Origin: Eubacteriales bacterium
Lineage (GTDB): Bacteria; Bacillota; Clostridia; Oscillospirales; CAG-272
Reading direction: 5' to 3'
DNA length: 64,000 bases
Assembly: GCA_045597145.1 (NCBI GenBank)
Contig: JAZODU010000018.1
Location: forward strand, 24,894 to 88,893
Each line of letters begins with the position of its first letter. The stretch's first letter is position 1. The notes beneath the pieces were generated by a model. That model did no database searches and was not told where the DNA came from. It saw only the letters and a list, made by a program, of their open reading frames with translations. Made by a program: the position numbers and the translations under genes. Below are positions 27,399 through 36,466 of the stretch, piece after piece.

Positions 27399-28094
27399 AT
27401 GAAACAAATAAAACACCGTCTGACCCTTTTCTTCCTTGCGGTATGCTGTCTGCTTGCCGTCCTGCCGCCCTTGGCACGCGCAGAAGAAAAGCCCTGTCAG
27501 ACGGTGTTTTTCGGTGAGTCCACCACGGCGCACCTCTCGCGCCGCGGTGGCGTGCTGGACACGCCCGAGGGGCGCGCGTGCGTCTGGCGCGACAGCAGCG
27601 GCACGCGTATGCTCTCACGCCGTATTCTCTCCTCCACGGTCGATTTGTACCGTGCGGACGGTACACGGCGGACGGTGTCGCTGACCGAGGCGTTGAAATC
27701 GGTACGCCCTGCGCGCATCGTGCTCTCCTTTGGGCTCAACGGCATCATGGGCTTTATCAAGGACAAGGAGGGCTTTATCGGCGCATACCGCGCGCTGATC
27801 GATGGAGTGCGCGAGCATTCGCCCACCACCGAGATCATCCTGCAATCGGTCTACCCCGTGCGCACGTCGGAGGGCTTTTCCTGTGACGTGGCGACGCTGA
27901 ACGCGCATATCGTAACGCTGAACGCGTGGATCTCCGAGCTGGCACGTGACACGGGAAGCCAATACGCCGACACGGCGTCTGTCTTACGGGCATCGGACGG
28001 CTCGCTCCTTCCCCAATACGACAGCGGCGACGGGATCCACCTGACAAACGAGGCTTACAAGCGGATCTTAGCCTACCTGCAAGCTACATCTTAA
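27399..28094 (+). CDS. Secreted SGNH/GDSL-family hydrolase
   Basis: Signal peptide. Block I VFFGESTTAHL, block III SFGLNG, block V GDGIHLTNEAY. Confidence 0.75.
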   Translation: MKQIKHRLTLFFLAVCCLLAVLPPLARAEEKPCQTVFFGESTTAHLSRRGGVLDTPEGRACVWRDSSGTRMLSRRILSSTVDLYRADGTRRTVSLTEALKSVRPARIVLSFGLNGIMGFIKDKEGFIGAYRALIDGVREHSPTTEIILQSVYPVRTSEGFSCDVATLNAHIVTLNAWISELARDTGSQYADTASVLRASDGSLLPQYDSGDGIHLTNEAYKRILAYLQATS

Positions 28095-28105
28095 AGAAAG
28101 GATGT

Positions 28106-28615
28106 ATGCAAATGAAAAGAACCATAACCGTTTTTTTGATCCTCATCTGCGCGCTTGCGCTGCCCGCCTGCTCTCAAAAAGCCGAATACCGCGACGACGT
28201 TGACGTGACGGCACTCGCCGAGCGCGTGACGAGCGAATTGAACGAGGACACCGATCTGCCGCTGAAATACGTCAAGGACGACACGGGCTTTCTGGAGGAT
28301 TATTTCAAAGCACCCGACTATATCACCGACCACGCCGTGCTTTACGCCGTCTCCACCAACAACATCAACGAAATCGGCATTTACAAGGTCCGAGACGGGC
28401 ATGCGCGCGAGCTGGCAACGCTGCTCAAGACCGATTATCTGAAAGCGTCGTTTGACAAAAACAGCGCGTGGTATGATTCCTATATCCCTATGGAAACGCC
28501 CAAGCTGCGCGACGCCGAGGTGCGCGTGTTCGGCAACTACGTCGTTTATGCGATCCTTGACGCCGACGGGCGTGAGACCGCCTTTGATACCGTGGAGAAT
28601 CTGCTTGAAAAATAA
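28106..28615 (+). CDS. Lipoprotein, DUF4358-like
   Basis: Lipobox LALPAC. The size, the ...INEIGIYKVRDG... segment and the ...VRVFGNYVVYAILD layout resemble DUF4358 as I recall it. Not verified. Confidence 0.55.
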   Translation: MQMKRTITVFLILICALALPACSQKAEYRDDVDVTALAERVTSELNEDTDLPLKYVKDDTGFLEDYFKAPDYITDHAVLYAVSTNNINEIGIYKVRDGHARELATLLKTDYLKASFDKNSAWYDSYIPMETPKLRDAEVRVFGNYVVYAILDADGRETAFDTVENLLEK

Positions 28616-28649
28616 AGAAACCGCCGTGAATTTTGCACGGCGGTTTCTT
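28614..28649 (+). terminator. Terminator of the 26.9-28.6 kb operon (left border of the AT-rich cassette)
   Basis: AAAGAAACCGCCGTG-AATTTTG-CACGGCGGTTTCTT. Confidence 0.75.
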
Positions 28650-28723
28650 ACTTTAAGTGTCTATGCACCGCCACTCCGTGGGGGGACATACTGCCGAGTT
28701 CGAAAAAAAGTTTTGGGAACGAA

Positions 28724-29152
28724 TTATCCTTCAAAATTTTTGTATTTCCTATCGCCCAAAAAAGAAATATCATTTTTCAACATCACGGAGACTATATCAA
28801 TTAACCAAATCACTAAGGCGGGTGTGACAGGAAGCCATATACTAATTCTAAAACCGACTGTAATACTCATTGTAAACATCATTACAATATTTGGAATTAA
28901 AAGAAGAGAACACCAACCAAAAATCACTTGTGCTATCCTATTTCCGCTAAAACGATACAGAAAACCATATACATCAAATAATAGAACTAAAACCACCTTC
29001 ATCGCTCGCGGCATGTCCCGTAGTTTTTTTCCCATTTTCTCACGGAATGTGGGGTTGGGATCGGTTTCATAGGTTATTCCTTCATGCTCAATTTCATCAA
29101 TCGTCACCCGCCCATCATCGTGGAACTCGATTTCATATTCCTTGCGGCTCAT
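28724..29152 (-). CDS. Small membrane protein, no recognisable family (AT-rich cassette, gene 2)
   Basis: Preferred start ATG 29152 (MSRKEYEIEF...) with AGGAGG 6 nt upstream; the track start is 29167. Has a soluble ~45-aa N-terminus, then three hydrophobic segments (AMKVVLVLLFDVYGFLY; IAQVIFGWCSLLLIPNIVMMFTM; ISIWLPVTPALVIWLIDIVSVML). Confidence 0.6.
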   Translation of the reverse strand: MSRKEYEIEFHDDGRVTIDEIEHEGITYETDPNPTFREKMGKKLRDMPRAMKVVLVLLFDVYGFLYRFSGNRIAQVIFGWCSLLLIPNIVMMFTMSITVGFRISIWLPVTPALVIWLIDIVSVMLKNDISFLGDRKYKNFEG

Positions 29153-29163
29153 ACCAAACCTCC

Positions 29164-30135
29164 TCATATCTTCGTTGCTTGAATGTCACAAATCAAACCT
29201 TCCGTTAATGGTAATGGGGATGAAGCACAATCACTGCTCCAATTTTCTAACACATATTTTTCCAGTTCTTCAAATATACTCTGTGCGATTACCTCACACT
29301 CAAGTAATTCCTCCACAAGCCCTGGCATTTTTTGTGAAAAAATATTTTTATGCTTTAATGTCAAAGAAACATCTGGAATAAACATTCCATTTGCCTCATC
29401 TTGATTGTGACGCGTTATTCCCTCTTGCAACGTAGAAATATATCCTTTTTTCCAATAAAAATCAATCATATATACAGATATATAGTTCTTACAATTTGAA
29501 GGAAAGGCTATCAAGTTATAAACTTTTTCTCGAATACGTTGTAATTCATTTTCCACTCTTCGTAATGAACCAAATATTTTCAAAGCTCTTTCTTTTTTCT
29601 CTTCCAGTAATCGCTTTTTGCGATCATACTCCAGCACTGCGATCTCATATTCTTCCATAGCCGTCTTATATTTTGCCGACTCTTCAGCATACCTCCGCTC
29701 ATTGTCAACAATACCTTGATTCCTGCGCTTTATTTCTTCACATTCGTCAAGATACATTTGGTAAGCAGCTTGCCGCCTCGCCCCCACTTGAAAAGGCAAT
29801 GAAAAAATTCCAACAACCAAAGGTATCCAACATATTAACAGACCAATCAATGTAGATGCCAGCGTTACCGCAGCTAAAAAGCATTGATCTCTAAATGATG
29901 AATACTTTCCTTTTTCGTTCTCCTTTACTTTTCTAAGATAATAGTCTTCGTCATAAGGAGGATACGCTTCGATTTCTCGCCAAGTTTTTTGGGGCTCACG
30001 CGGGCGAAGCGGTTCTACTAAATTACCCCAATAGCGGCAAGAGCGCTGGTGCTCCTTTGCGTATAGCAACTCTAAAATATAACAATATGCCTCAATCTGT
30101 TTAACTTTTCCCACTTTCTCTTCCAATGTCGTCAT
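29164..30135 (-). CDS. Membrane-anchored coiled-coil protein, no recognisable family (AT-rich cassette, gene 1)
   Basis: Start ATG 30135 (GGAGGTG RBS). A ~95-aa N-terminal domain, a hydrophobic stretch CFLAAVTLASTLIGLLICWIPLVVGIFSLPF, a highly charged heptad-like region (RRQAAYQMYLDECEEIKRRN...EEKKERALKIF...ENELQRIREK), then a ~110-aa C-terminal domain. Confidence 0.6.
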   Translation of the reverse strand: MTTLEEKVGKVKQIEAYCYILELLYAKEHQRSCRYWGNLVEPLRPREPQKTWREIEAYPPYDEDYYLRKVKENEKGKYSSFRDQCFLAAVTLASTLIGLLICWIPLVVGIFSLPFQVGARRQAAYQMYLDECEEIKRRNQGIVDNERRYAEESAKYKTAMEEYEIAVLEYDRKKRLLEEKKERALKIFGSLRRVENELQRIREKVYNLIAFPSNCKNYISVYMIDFYWKKGYISTLQEGITRHNQDEANGMFIPDVSLTLKHKNIFSQKMPGLVEELLECEVIAQSIFEELEKYVLENWSSDCASSPLPLTEGLICDIQATKI

Positions 30136-30223
30136 TAAAATCACCTCCACGCTTATATTATACACCTATAGTTCAATAATGTCAACCCTTGGATGCTTAA
30201 AATTAATAAAAAAAGCAATATAA

Positions 30224-30239
30224 TTAAACTATAGTTTAA
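30224..30239. promoter_or_regulatory. 16-bp perfect palindrome, candidate Xre operator
   Basis: TTAAACTATAGTTTAA, immediately upstream of the xre RBS. A second CTATAG core lies at 30166-30171 nearer the divergent operon. Confidence 0.5.
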
Positions 30240-30253
30240 AACGAGGTGGAGCT

Positions 30254-30568
30254 ATGGAAGAACTTTTGAAACAAATCGGCGCACGGATTTGCCGTCGGCG
30301 CAAAGAGTTAGGATATACACAAGAACAGCTTGCGGAAATGATCGATGTTTCCATCCAAATGATTTCTAATTTGGAACGCGGTAACAAGGCGATCCGCATT
30401 GAAAATCTTTTAAAACTCAGCACAGTTTTACAGGTCAGCACCGATTATATCTTAACAGGAAAAAGAGAGCAAGCAGACGAGCAAATTCTTTTAAAAAAGA
30501 TTGAATCGTTATCCGAACGAGATTACAACATCATTTCTCAAATGTTGGACTATCTTGGAAAAAATTAA
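30254..30568 (+). CDS. Xre/Cro-type HTH transcriptional regulator
   Basis: IGARICRRRKELGYTQEQLAEMIDVSIQMISNLERGNKAIRIENLLKLSTVLQVSTDYIL is a canonical HTH_3 domain. GAGGTGGA RBS. Confidence 0.85.
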   Translation: MEELLKQIGARICRRRKELGYTQEQLAEMIDVSIQMISNLERGNKAIRIENLLKLSTVLQVSTDYILTGKREQADEQILLKKIESLSERDYNIISQMLDYLGKN

Positions 30569-30585
30569 AAAGATTGCTTTCTATC

Positions 30586-30624
30586 AAAAAAGGAGCAGGT
30601 TCACGCCTGCTCCCGTATCTTTTT
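30586..30624. terminator. Bidirectional terminator (right border of the AT-rich cassette)
   Basis: AAAAAAGGAGCAGG-TTCACG-CCTGCTCC...TCTTTTT. The radical-SAM stop codon (30601-30603) lies in the loop. Confidence 0.7.
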
Positions 30625-31587
30625 CTCATATTTCTTCCCCTGCCACGAGTTGCGGTCGTAAAGAAGCTTGTCAATATCGTTGATCACGGCAGTCTTTTTG
30701 GTGCTCCACAGAGGCGCGAGCAGGTCGTCTGCCTTGCCGTCACCCGTGAGTCTGCCGATCACGGTGTCGGGCGGTAACAGCTCCAGCGCATCTGCCACCA
30801 AGCGAACGTATCGCTCGCGCGCAAGCGGCTCGTAACGTCCGCTTTCGTACATGGCGGCAAGAGGTGTGCCGCGCAGGACGTGCAGCAGGTGAATTTTGAT
30901 CTGATCGGGGTGCAGTGCCGCCACGTCGCGCACGGTCTGCATCATATCGGCGTCGCTCTCGCCCGGAAGCCCGAGGATAATATGCACACAGATATTGATC
31001 CGTCGGTCAGCGCATCGCAGCCGTTCGTATCCCTGCACAAACTGCGCAAAGCTATGCCCCCGATGGATGCGGCGCGCGGTCGCGTCACATGAGGATTGCA
31101 AGCCCAGCTCCACGGTCAGGGTCGTCCGCGCGGCAAGAGAAGCAAGATAGTCCACCACGTCCTCGGGCAGACAATCGGCGCGCGTAGCAATATTGAGCCC
31201 GACGATCCCCTCCTCTGCCAACGCCTCCTCATACAAGGTGCGCAGGCGTTCAAGCGGCGCGTAGGTGTTGGTATGTGCTTGAAAATACGCAATGCAGCGC
31301 GTCGTGTCCCACTTGCGCGCAAACGCCGCCTTTTGCAGGGCGATCTGCTCGCGCACGGGCAGGACGCTGTCGGGTGCGAAATCGCCGCTTCCGCGGTCGG
31401 AGCAATAGATACAGCCACCCGTACCGCATCTGCCGTCGATATTCGGGCAGGTCAGCCCCGCATCGATGGGCAGCTTGGCGCACTTGCCGCCATATGTACT
31501 GCGCAAATAGTAGTCGTACGTATAGTACCGCTTATTCGTATCGCTGTTCGGGTACGGATTGGTATCCGCTTGCGTCAATTTTGCCAT
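30601..31587 (-). CDS. TIGR01212 (YhcC-like) family radical SAM protein
   Basis: Start ATG 31587 (AAAGGAAG RBS). KRYYTYDYYLRSTYGGKCAKLPIDAGLTCPNIDGRCGTGGCIYCS matches the atypical Cys-rich N-terminus of this family. Confidence 0.8.
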   Translation of the reverse strand: MAKLTQADTNPYPNSDTNKRYYTYDYYLRSTYGGKCAKLPIDAGLTCPNIDGRCGTGGCIYCSDRGSGDFAPDSVLPVREQIALQKAAFARKWDTTRCIAYFQAHTNTYAPLERLRTLYEEALAEEGIVGLNIATRADCLPEDVVDYLASLAARTTLTVELGLQSSCDATARRIHRGHSFAQFVQGYERLRCADRRINICVHIILGLPGESDADMMQTVRDVAALHPDQIKIHLLHVLRGTPLAAMYESGRYEPLARERYVRLVADALELLPPDTVIGRLTGDGKADDLLAPLWSTKKTAVINDIDKLLYDRNSWQGKKYEKKIREQA

Positions 31588-32275
31588 AGCGCTTCCTTTC
31601 TGTTTGCTTTTTTCCGCCGCACACGCACCACAAAACGAACGCAACGGCAACGAGGACGGTCGGGATCAGGGCGTAGAGCGTGGGGTGTGCGGTGGTGGCA
31701 AGCATTGCTTCCATGCCGCCAAGCAGGCGCACAACGCCGCACACGAAGAACAAAACGGCGGACAGACGCGAAAAGAGCGTCTGCGGCAGGCGTTTGCCAA
31801 GCACCGTCCCCACCAAAAGTCCGATGAGTCCCGAGAGGAAGAGTCCTCCCGTCGCCCCCAACAGCACGGCAAGTGCCGAGTGAGTGCCGCCTGCCGCAAG
31901 TGCCACGGCGGAAAGCTGCGTCTTATCGCCCAGCTCCGCCAGAAAATAGGCGCCGAAAACAGCGGGAATCGCGTGCTTTTTGCGGTACGTATGCGCGTTT
32001 TCCTCGGCATCCTCCTCCAAGAGTGCCGCGCGCGCGAAGAACAGAAACGCTACCGCCGAGGCGATCGCCACAAGGCTCGTCGGCAGATACCGTCCGATCA
32101 GCCCGCCAACCGTTACCGCCAGCAAATTGAGCACGCAGATCGCCGAGAATGCGCCCAAAAGAATGTCGCGCACGCGGTACTGTGCGGTCAGCGCCGCCAT
32201 CAGAAACTGGGATTTATCTCCCATTTCCGCCAAAAAGATCATCAAAAAGCTCTGCAACAGAACGCCCTTCTCCAT
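31532..32275 (-). CDS. UPF0016/TMEM165/GDT1-family cation (Mn2+/Ca2+) transporter
   Basis: Two copies of the E-x-G-D-K-[ST] signature (FLAEMGDKSQ, FLAELGDKTQ) within a duplicated 3-TM topology. The 3' end overlaps the next gene start by 56 nt. Confidence 0.85.
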   Translation of the reverse strand: MEKGVLLQSFLMIFLAEMGDKSQFLMAALTAQYRVRDILLGAFSAICVLNLLAVTVGGLIGRYLPTSLVAIASAVAFLFFARAALLEEDAEENAHTYRKKHAIPAVFGAYFLAELGDKTQLSAVALAAGGTHSALAVLLGATGGLFLSGLIGLLVGTVLGKRLPQTLFSRLSAVLFFVCGVVRLLGGMEAMLATTAHPTLYALIPTVLVAVAFVLWCVCGGKKQTERKRYGKIDASGYQSVPEQRYE

Positions 32276-32361
32276 CAGTTCACCTCACGGTCGTGATACG
32301 AAAAAACTGCCGCAGAGATCGGCAGTCTTTTCAAAAAAGTAATACGTCCTGTGTTTTCGGG

Positions 32362-33651
32362 TCAATTGGCACTTGCCAAAAGCTTCTCGACCACCGCGAT
32401 CCGCACGCAAAGCGTGAGCACCGCCATCGCCTGCGCAAGGCTCTTTGTGTTCGGGAAGGTGGGCGCGATGCGGATATTGCTGTCATAAGGATCACAGCGA
32501 TACGGATAGGTCGCACCGACGTCGGTCAGCTTCACGCCCGCCTCGCGGCAAAGCTCATACGTGCGCTTCGCGCACCCGTCCATGACGTAAAGGCTGACGA
32601 AATAGCCGCCCAAGGGATCGGTCCAACGTGCCGCGCCCGTATCGCCGAGATCTTTTTTCAGGGTGTCCAGAACGATCTCAAACTTGGGGCGGATCATATC
32701 TGCCAGCTCGCTCATGTGGTGCAGCACGTTTTCTGCCGAGCCGAAATAGCGCACGTGGCGCATCTGGTTGATCTTATCAAAGCCGATGGTCTGCGCGCCG
32801 ATGATGGGCATGATCTGCACCAGATTCTCGCGCGACGCCGCCATGATCGCCACACCCGAGCCCGGGAAGGAGATCTTGGAGGTGGACGCAAAATAAAACA
32901 CACGGTTGCCGTTGCCCGCGTCCTCGCACGCCTTGAAGATATCCGCCAGCGCATCCTTGCGATCGGGATAGAGGTCGTGTACCGCGTATGCGTTATCCCA
33001 GAAAATACGGAAATCCTTCGCCGCGGTCTTCATTTGACCGAAGCGGCGCACGGTTTCGTCGGAATAGGTGATACCGTCGGGGTTGGAGTACTTGGGACAG
33101 CACCAGATACCCTTGACGCTCGGGTCGGACGCCGCAAGCTTTTCAACCGCGTCCATGTCGGGTCCCGTGGGAGTCATGGCAACGGGCAGCATAGTGATAC
33201 CGAGCGACTCACAGATCGCAAAATGGCGGTCGTAACCGGGTGCGGGGCAGATAAACTTGATCTTCTCCTCGCGACACCACGGACGCTCGCTGTCGCACAC
33301 ACCGTAAAGCAGTGCGCGCGCCACCGCGTCGTACATTAGATTCAGCGAGGAGTTGCCGCCGATAAACAGCTTTTCCTCGGGGATATCCAAAAGATTCGCA
33401 AACAGCCGCTTTGCCTCCTTGATGCCGTCCAGCACGCCGTAGTTGCGGCAATCCAAGCCGTCCTCGGTGCGGCAATCGTACGAGGAATCGATGCAGTGCA
33501 GCATACCCTGCAAAAGATCCAGCTGATCGGCACCGGGCTTTCCGCGCGACAGATCCAGCGAAAGCTTTCTCGCCTTTGCCGCTTCATATTCCGTTTGCAG
33601 GCTCGCAAGCGTTTCTTGCAACGCTTCCCTGCTCATTTTTGCAAATTCCAT
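32362..33651 (-). CDS. PLP-dependent aminotransferase (class I/II fold)
   Basis: Start ATG 33651 (AAGGAGA RBS, 6-nt spacing). [13 protein letters not shown]..., [11 protein letters not shown], and the PLP-Lys context [13 protein letters not shown]. Confidence 0.75.
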   Translation of the reverse strand: MEFAKMSREALQETLASLQTEYEAAKARKLSLDLSRGKPGADQLDLLQGMLHCIDSSYDCRTEDGLDCRNYGVLDGIKEAKRLFANLLDIPEEKLFIGGNSSLNLMYDAVARALLYGVCDSERPWCREEKIKFICPAPGYDRHFAICESLGITMLPVAMTPTGPDMDAVEKLAASDPSVKGIWCCPKYSNPDGITYSDETVRRFGQMKTAAKDFRIFWDNAYAVHDLYPDRKDALADIFKACEDAGNGNRVFYFASTSKISFPGSGVAIMAASRENLVQIMPIIGAQTIGFDKINQMRHVRYFGSAENVLHHMSELADMIRPKFEIVLDTLKKDLGDTGAARWTDPLGGYFVSLYVMDGCAKRTYELCREAGVKLTDVGATYPYRCDPYDSNIRIAPTFPNTKSLAQAMAVLTLCVRIAVVEKLLASAN

Positions 33652-33754
33652 GAGGGTTCTCCTTATCATTCAACGTATGAATGCTAACAGTATATCATAT
33701 TCCTTGCGCGATTGCAATATGTTTTTGCATATTTTTCAAAAAAACTTGCATTTT

Positions 33755-36190
33755 TTATCGGACATCTCCGATTTTTTCCCAAAACCCTCGCACAATTTCT
33801 GCAAGTTCCATTGCATTTCCTGCATATTCCACGTGATTCCAGTGTTCCGGGAACAAGGCTCTCGTGCGCGGATCGGCATATCGGTCGTCGATCAGCACCA
33901 CCACGCCGCAGTCGCTCTCGCGTCGGATCACGCGGCCCGCCGCCTGAAGCACGCGGTTCATGCCGGGGTACACGTAGGCGTAGTCGAAGCCGTGCTCTCG
34001 CGTCGTTTCGTAGTGGTCACGCAGAATGTTGCGCTCGTTGGAAAGCCCCGGAAGTCCCGTGCCCACGATCACGCTGCCGATCAACCGCTTGCCGGGCAGG
34101 TCCACGCCCTCGGAAAAGGAACCGCCCAGCACGCAAAAGCCGACGCGCAGAGTGCCGTCCGAGGCAAAGGAATCCAAAAATTTTTCCTTCTCGCTCATGC
34201 TCATGCCGCGCGTCTGTCGCACGACTGTCACCGCAGGATATTTCTTTTCAAATTGCTCCGCGACCTTTTCCATGTATTCGTAAGACGGAAAATACGCGAT
34301 ATAGTTGCCGCGCCTTGCCGACACGGAGGCGGCGATGAGCGAGGCGAGCTTTTTGTAGCTTTTGTCGCGATCCTCGTATCGTGTGCTGACCCCCGTGACC
34401 GCCGCCAGACAGAAGTTTTCGGGATCGAACGGGCACGGCAAAGAGATGCGCACAGCTCCCTTTCCGCCGCCGAGAATATCCGCAAAATAATCGATCGGTG
34501 TCAGCGTTGCCGAAAACAGAACTGCGGCATGAGCGCGTGAAAGGCACGCATCCAGCACGTGCGAGGGATCAAGACAGATCAAGCGCACGGTGCGGCGGTC
34601 GCCCGCAAGCTCGATAAAGGTCAGGAAGGACGAGTCGTAATATTCGGAGATCACCTCAAAGTGCTTGAGCTTTGCGCAAAGGGCGTAAACGGCAAGCTCC
34701 GCGGGTGCTCCTCTGTGTGTGCGAAGCCACGCATCCGCTGCCCGGCGCACCAATGCCACCAAGCGGTGAAAATCCTCCATGGCGCTGCTGTTGACGTAGT
34801 ATCCGTGCTCAACGCCGTCCCCGTCCTTTTCGATCGTGTCGCGGCACAAGCGGCGAAAGCCCTGCATGGTAACGCTCAATTTTTCCAGTACCTCGCGCAG
34901 GGGATCCTCCTCGGGGAGCTGTCCCCAAAGTGCCGCCACGTCCTCGCTGCAAAGCTCTGCCGAGTACATGGCGCGCGCGCGGTCTGCAAGGTTGTGTGCC
35001 TCGTCCACCAAAAGCACGTGTCGCGCGTGGGGATCCGCTTCCCCGCCGAAATAGCGCCGCAGATAGACCTGCGGGTCAAAGGCATAGTTATAGTCACATA
35101 TGACGATGTCGCAAAACTCGGACAGCTCCAATTGAAGCTCATACGGGCAAATGCCGTATTTCTGCGCCACCGCCTCGATCCGCTCGCGCGTATATCCGAA
35201 CCGCCGGGAGAGCAATTCGCACACCGCGTGCGGGGCTTTGTCGTAAAACGCCTTGGCGTGCGGACAATCCAACGGATTGCAATGGCGCGAGATCCCTGCG
35301 GGATCCTCGCGCGCCGCCGCGTTGGCGCAGATCTGGTCGCGCGCGGTGAGAACGGCGGTGCGCAGATGCGCCCCCGCCTCAAAGATTTTCGCCGCCGCCG
35401 CAAACGCCTCGCGGCGCGTTGCCGCCTTGGCGGTCAGGTAGAAGATCTTGTCGCAATACCCCTCCCCCACGCAACGCACGGCGGGATAGAGCGTGGACAC
35501 GGTCTTGCCGATCCCCGTGGGGGCTTCGGCAAAGAGACGCTTACCCGCCTTGATGTCGCGGTAGCACTCCTTGAGCAGGATGTCCTGCCCCTCGCGCACG
35601 GAGGAATACGGGAATCGTCCGCTCGTGACCGACGGTCGCAGTACCGTTTCGCGCTCGCAAAGGATCCGCGCGCGGTATTCCACGCGCGAGAGCAGATCAA
35701 AATAGAAGCTTTTCAGTGCCTCGGCGGTGTGTCGGGTCGTTACGTATTTGGTTTTGCCGTCCTCAAGCCGATAGTAGGTCAGGCGGGTCTGCACCTCGTC
35801 AAGTCCCTTGTCGCGGCACAAAAAATAGGCGTAGCATTTCGCCTGTGCGTCGTGCATGGGGACAGGGGGGCGGTCAAAGGCATGACCCGAAACGGTCTTG
35901 ATCTCGTCCACCGTCATGGGCTCGGTTGCGATCACGCCGTCCGCGCGACCGCTGACCTCAAAAGCAAGGTCATGAAAGCACGTGGTATTGCGCATAGCGA
36001 CCTCGGGCGTATACATAGCCCCCGCCTCGCTTTGCAGCTTGCGGTGCACCGCCGCGCCGACTGCCGCACGCTCGCTTGACAGCCGCTTCATCATACCCGG
36101 GCGCAGATCCAAGTCCCCGCCGCTCGCAGCATACGCGCACAGCTCTGTGACCGACATCACGACCGCCGCACGCTCGGTATCGTATCGCAT
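33755..36190 (-). CDS. DinG/XPD-like Fe-S helicase fused to an N-terminal PD-(D/E)XK nuclease domain
   Basis: Start ATG 36190 (GGAGG RBS). Nuclease motifs GRADGV...VDEIKT...QAKCYAY. Walker A AEAPTGIGKT. Cys cluster C-x(n)-C-x3-C (..ICANAAAREDPAGISRHCNPLDCPH..). DEAH box (VDEAHNL). Helicase C-terminal motifs. Confidence 0.8.
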   Translation of the reverse strand: MRYDTERAAVVMSVTELCAYAASGGDLDLRPGMMKRLSSERAAVGAAVHRKLQSEAGAMYTPEVAMRNTTCFHDLAFEVSGRADGVIATEPMTVDEIKTVSGHAFDRPPVPMHDAQAKCYAYFLCRDKGLDEVQTRLTYYRLEDGKTKYVTTRHTAEALKSFYFDLLSRVEYRARILCERETVLRPSVTSGRFPYSSVREGQDILLKECYRDIKAGKRLFAEAPTGIGKTVSTLYPAVRCVGEGYCDKIFYLTAKAATRREAFAAAAKIFEAGAHLRTAVLTARDQICANAAAREDPAGISRHCNPLDCPHAKAFYDKAPHAVCELLSRRFGYTRERIEAVAQKYGICPYELQLELSEFCDIVICDYNYAFDPQVYLRRYFGGEADPHARHVLLVDEAHNLADRARAMYSAELCSEDVAALWGQLPEEDPLREVLEKLSVTMQGFRRLCRDTIEKDGDGVEHGYYVNSSAMEDFHRLVALVRRAADAWLRTHRGAPAELAVYALCAKLKHFEVISEYYDSSFLTFIELAGDRRTVRLICLDPSHVLDACLSRAHAAVLFSATLTPIDYFADILGGGKGAVRISLPCPFDPENFCLAAVTGVSTRYEDRDKSYKKLASLIAASVSARRGNYIAYFPSYEYMEKVAEQFEKKYPAVTVVRQTRGMSMSEKEKFLDSFASDGTLRVGFCVLGGSFSEGVDLPGKRLIGSVIVGTGLPGLSNERNILRDHYETTREHGFDYAYVYPGMNRVLQAAGRVIRRESDCGVVVLIDDRYADPRTRALFPEHWNHVEYAGNAMELAEIVRGFWEKIGDVR

Positions 36191-36228
36191 TTCATGACCT
36201 CCTTTCTTTAAAATCCTTGTTTTTTGCA

Positions 36229-36254
36229 GGGAAAGCTTTTGAAAAAGCCTCCCC
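36229..36254. repeat. Imperfect member of the GGGAG/CTTTT..AAAAAG/CTCCC palindrome family
   Basis: GGGAAAGCTTTTGAAAAAGCCTCCCC, in the polA-helicase spacer. Confidence 0.55.
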
Positions 36255-36466
36255 CACGCCTCTTTCAAGCCCTTCACCGCGAGGGTATGAGTGCCCACCA
36301 AAGACGCACCACACTGTGCGTCCCTCTTTGGCTTGAGCTTCGCTCGCCCTCTCCGTCACGGCAAGCCGTACCACCGCTCCCTGAGTGCGAGGCTGAAATT
36401 ATCACGGCAGGACATCGCCTTGCTCCCGTTGTTTGGTTTGCCGTTGGATTCGATCCCGCTCGAGCG

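Noticed and set aside
28650-30625. Whether the AT-rich cassette is an IS element, integron cassette or prophage.
   Set aside because: I could find no transposase or integrase, no terminal inverted repeats and no attC-like site, and there are no phage structural genes. I kept it as an unclassified acquired cassette (see the finding at 28650-30625).
32276-32361. A yybP-ykoY (Mn2+) riboswitch upstream of the UPF0016 transporter.
   Set aside because: The spacer is only 86 nt and is mostly occupied by the aminotransferase terminator hairpin (GACTGCCGATCTCTGCGGCAGTC plus a T-run). No conserved riboswitch core is seen.
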